This document shows positions 62,681 through 64,000 of a stretch of DNA of 64,000 nucleotides, piece by piece. The notes below the pieces were generated by a model, which had not been told where the DNA came from, did not search any database, and worked only from the letters and a program-made list of their open reading frames with translations. This DNA comes from Callorhinchus milii. Taxonomy: Eukaryota. The stretch covers positions 39,620,001 through 39,684,000 of the forward strand of contig NW_024704743.1 in assembly GCF_018977255.1 (NCBI RefSeq). Direction: 5' to 3'. The stretch's first letter is position 1; each line of letters starts with the position of its first letter. Position numbers and translations under genes: made by a program.

Positions 62681-62924
62681 TTGCAAGGTGGGTTCTCCAA
62701 ACACTCAAGTTTCAGGACTCCAGAATGAACACTCTCCGGGGTCAAAGATATATGGCTGGGGATCAATTCCCCAACAATAAATGACTGGAGTATTATGATA
62801 GGAGTTATGCACAAACCAAACCTCGGTGTCTTTGTTAAACACCTCATCTGAACGATAGAGAAGAGTGCTGTGATGCACCATTCTCCCAATACCGCACTGG
62901 AGTGTCAGCTTAAATGAGTTCAAG

Positions 62925-63480
62925 TCCCATCATCCATGCCCTTATTAAAACCAGGCTCGACTATGCCAACGCCTGCTTGTCAGCCTTCCCAACTCTTCCC
63001 TCCACAAGCTGCAGGTCATCCAGAATTCTGCAGCTCATGTCCTCTCCCACACAAGGCTCTGTGATCCCATCACACCACCCATCGGTTTTATTGGCTCCCA
63101 TCCCTCAGAGGAATGAGTTCAAAATTCTCGTCCTCAACTTCAAGGCCCTCCATGAGCTTACCCCTCTCCTACCTCTTAGTCCTGCTAAACCCTTTTCAAC
63201 CTGTCCGCTCCAGCCTGCTACATGTCGCCTGCCTGGCCCACCCCCCATCGGCGGTCGGGCCTTCAGCCTCTCTACCCCCACCTTGTGGAACTCCATCCCA
63301 CATTCCCTTTGCCTCGCGCCCTGCCTTGCCTCCTTCAAGGCATGCCTCAAGATCCTCCACTTTGACTATACTTGTGACCACCCTCCTACCCTCTCTGGTC
63401 TCCACCTTCTCTGATCCCAAACGGGAGGGACGTCTTTCCGATGTGAAAGGCACTTTACAAATGTAATTGTTGTATTGTAT
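62925..63480 (+). mobile_element. Degenerate L2 3' fragment
   Basis: IHALIKTRLDYANA..EFKILVLNFKALH..GGRAFSLSTPTLWNSIP; tail. Confidence 0.9.
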
Positions 63481-63483
63481 CAT

Positions 63484-64000
63484 AACAACAACAAAATGAC
63501 ATTTTTATAGCGCCTTTCACATCGGAAGGACGTCCCATGGAACTGGACAGTCAGAGTTTCGGACCCAAATTGGGGGTCGAGATCGGGGATGGTGGAGTGC
63601 AGGGGGTGAAGGCAGAGTGGGTCATGGAGCAGATGTGGGTTAGAAAGGATAGTTGAGGGCCAAACAAGAAGCCAAAGTTCCGGACTGGCTTAGCAAGGTG
63701 GAGTGTGCATCCATGGGTGAAGATGCTGTCAGCGCCTGAGGTGAGGAGCCGCTGACGGGAGCCAATCAGGAGGGCCTCAGTCTTGTTGACGTTCAACTGA
63801 AGAAAGTTAGCCCTCATCTAGGACTTGATGTCTGAGAGATATTCTGTCAGAACAACAGTGGTCCTGGAGTCAAAAGTGGAGGCAGAGAGATACAGTTGGG
63901 TGTCATCTGCATACATGTGGAAGTTGACCTCTTGTCTGCGGAATGATATCACCAAGGGGGAGCATATAGATATTGAAGAGGAGGGGAGCAACAACGAAGC
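63484..64000 (-). mobile_element. L2 (family A), RT-containing, internally deleted, runs off the window; tail-to-tail with the previous copy
   Basis: ORF 63551(-) [29 protein letters not shown] near 63900; L2 terminus at 63484-63550. Confidence 0.95.

Overview
This window is non-coding, AT-rich vertebrate DNA densely filled with old and recent transposable elements. The repeat repertoire points to a cartilaginous fish (possibly a chimaera such as Callorhinchus); this is recall-based inference, not a database result. I find no host protein-coding exon I can support. The ORFs with recognisable protein content are broken ORF2 pieces of L2-clade LINEs (RT core 'GPLLFNIYM...HMY(A/V)DDTQLY', C-terminal '[22 protein letters not shown]') or CR1-clade LINEs ('GHQFK...FFTQQVVRIWNALP'). 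The window contains about 25 truncated L2 copies in two tail families, about 10 CR1-type fragments, about 14 copies of a tRNA-Ala-headed SINE that shares the L2 3' stem-loop (long and short subfamilies), older DeuSINE (SacSINE1/AmnSINE1-like) copies, three small DNA-transposon remnants, an unclassified dispersed repeat (5 copies), a 31-bp minisatellite, a ~105-bp-arm inverted repeat and a 5' U2 snRNA retro-fragment. The most noteworthy signals are the LINE-SINE tail sharing with loop variants, nested insertions with visible target-site duplications (TSDs), a minus-strand YAG|GTAAG candidate recursive splice site, the long inverted repeat and a PBX/MEIS motif cluster. I do not see evidence for a new multi-gene system. 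Element boundaries were read by eye and are approximate (about +/-10-20 bp) unless a TSD is given.
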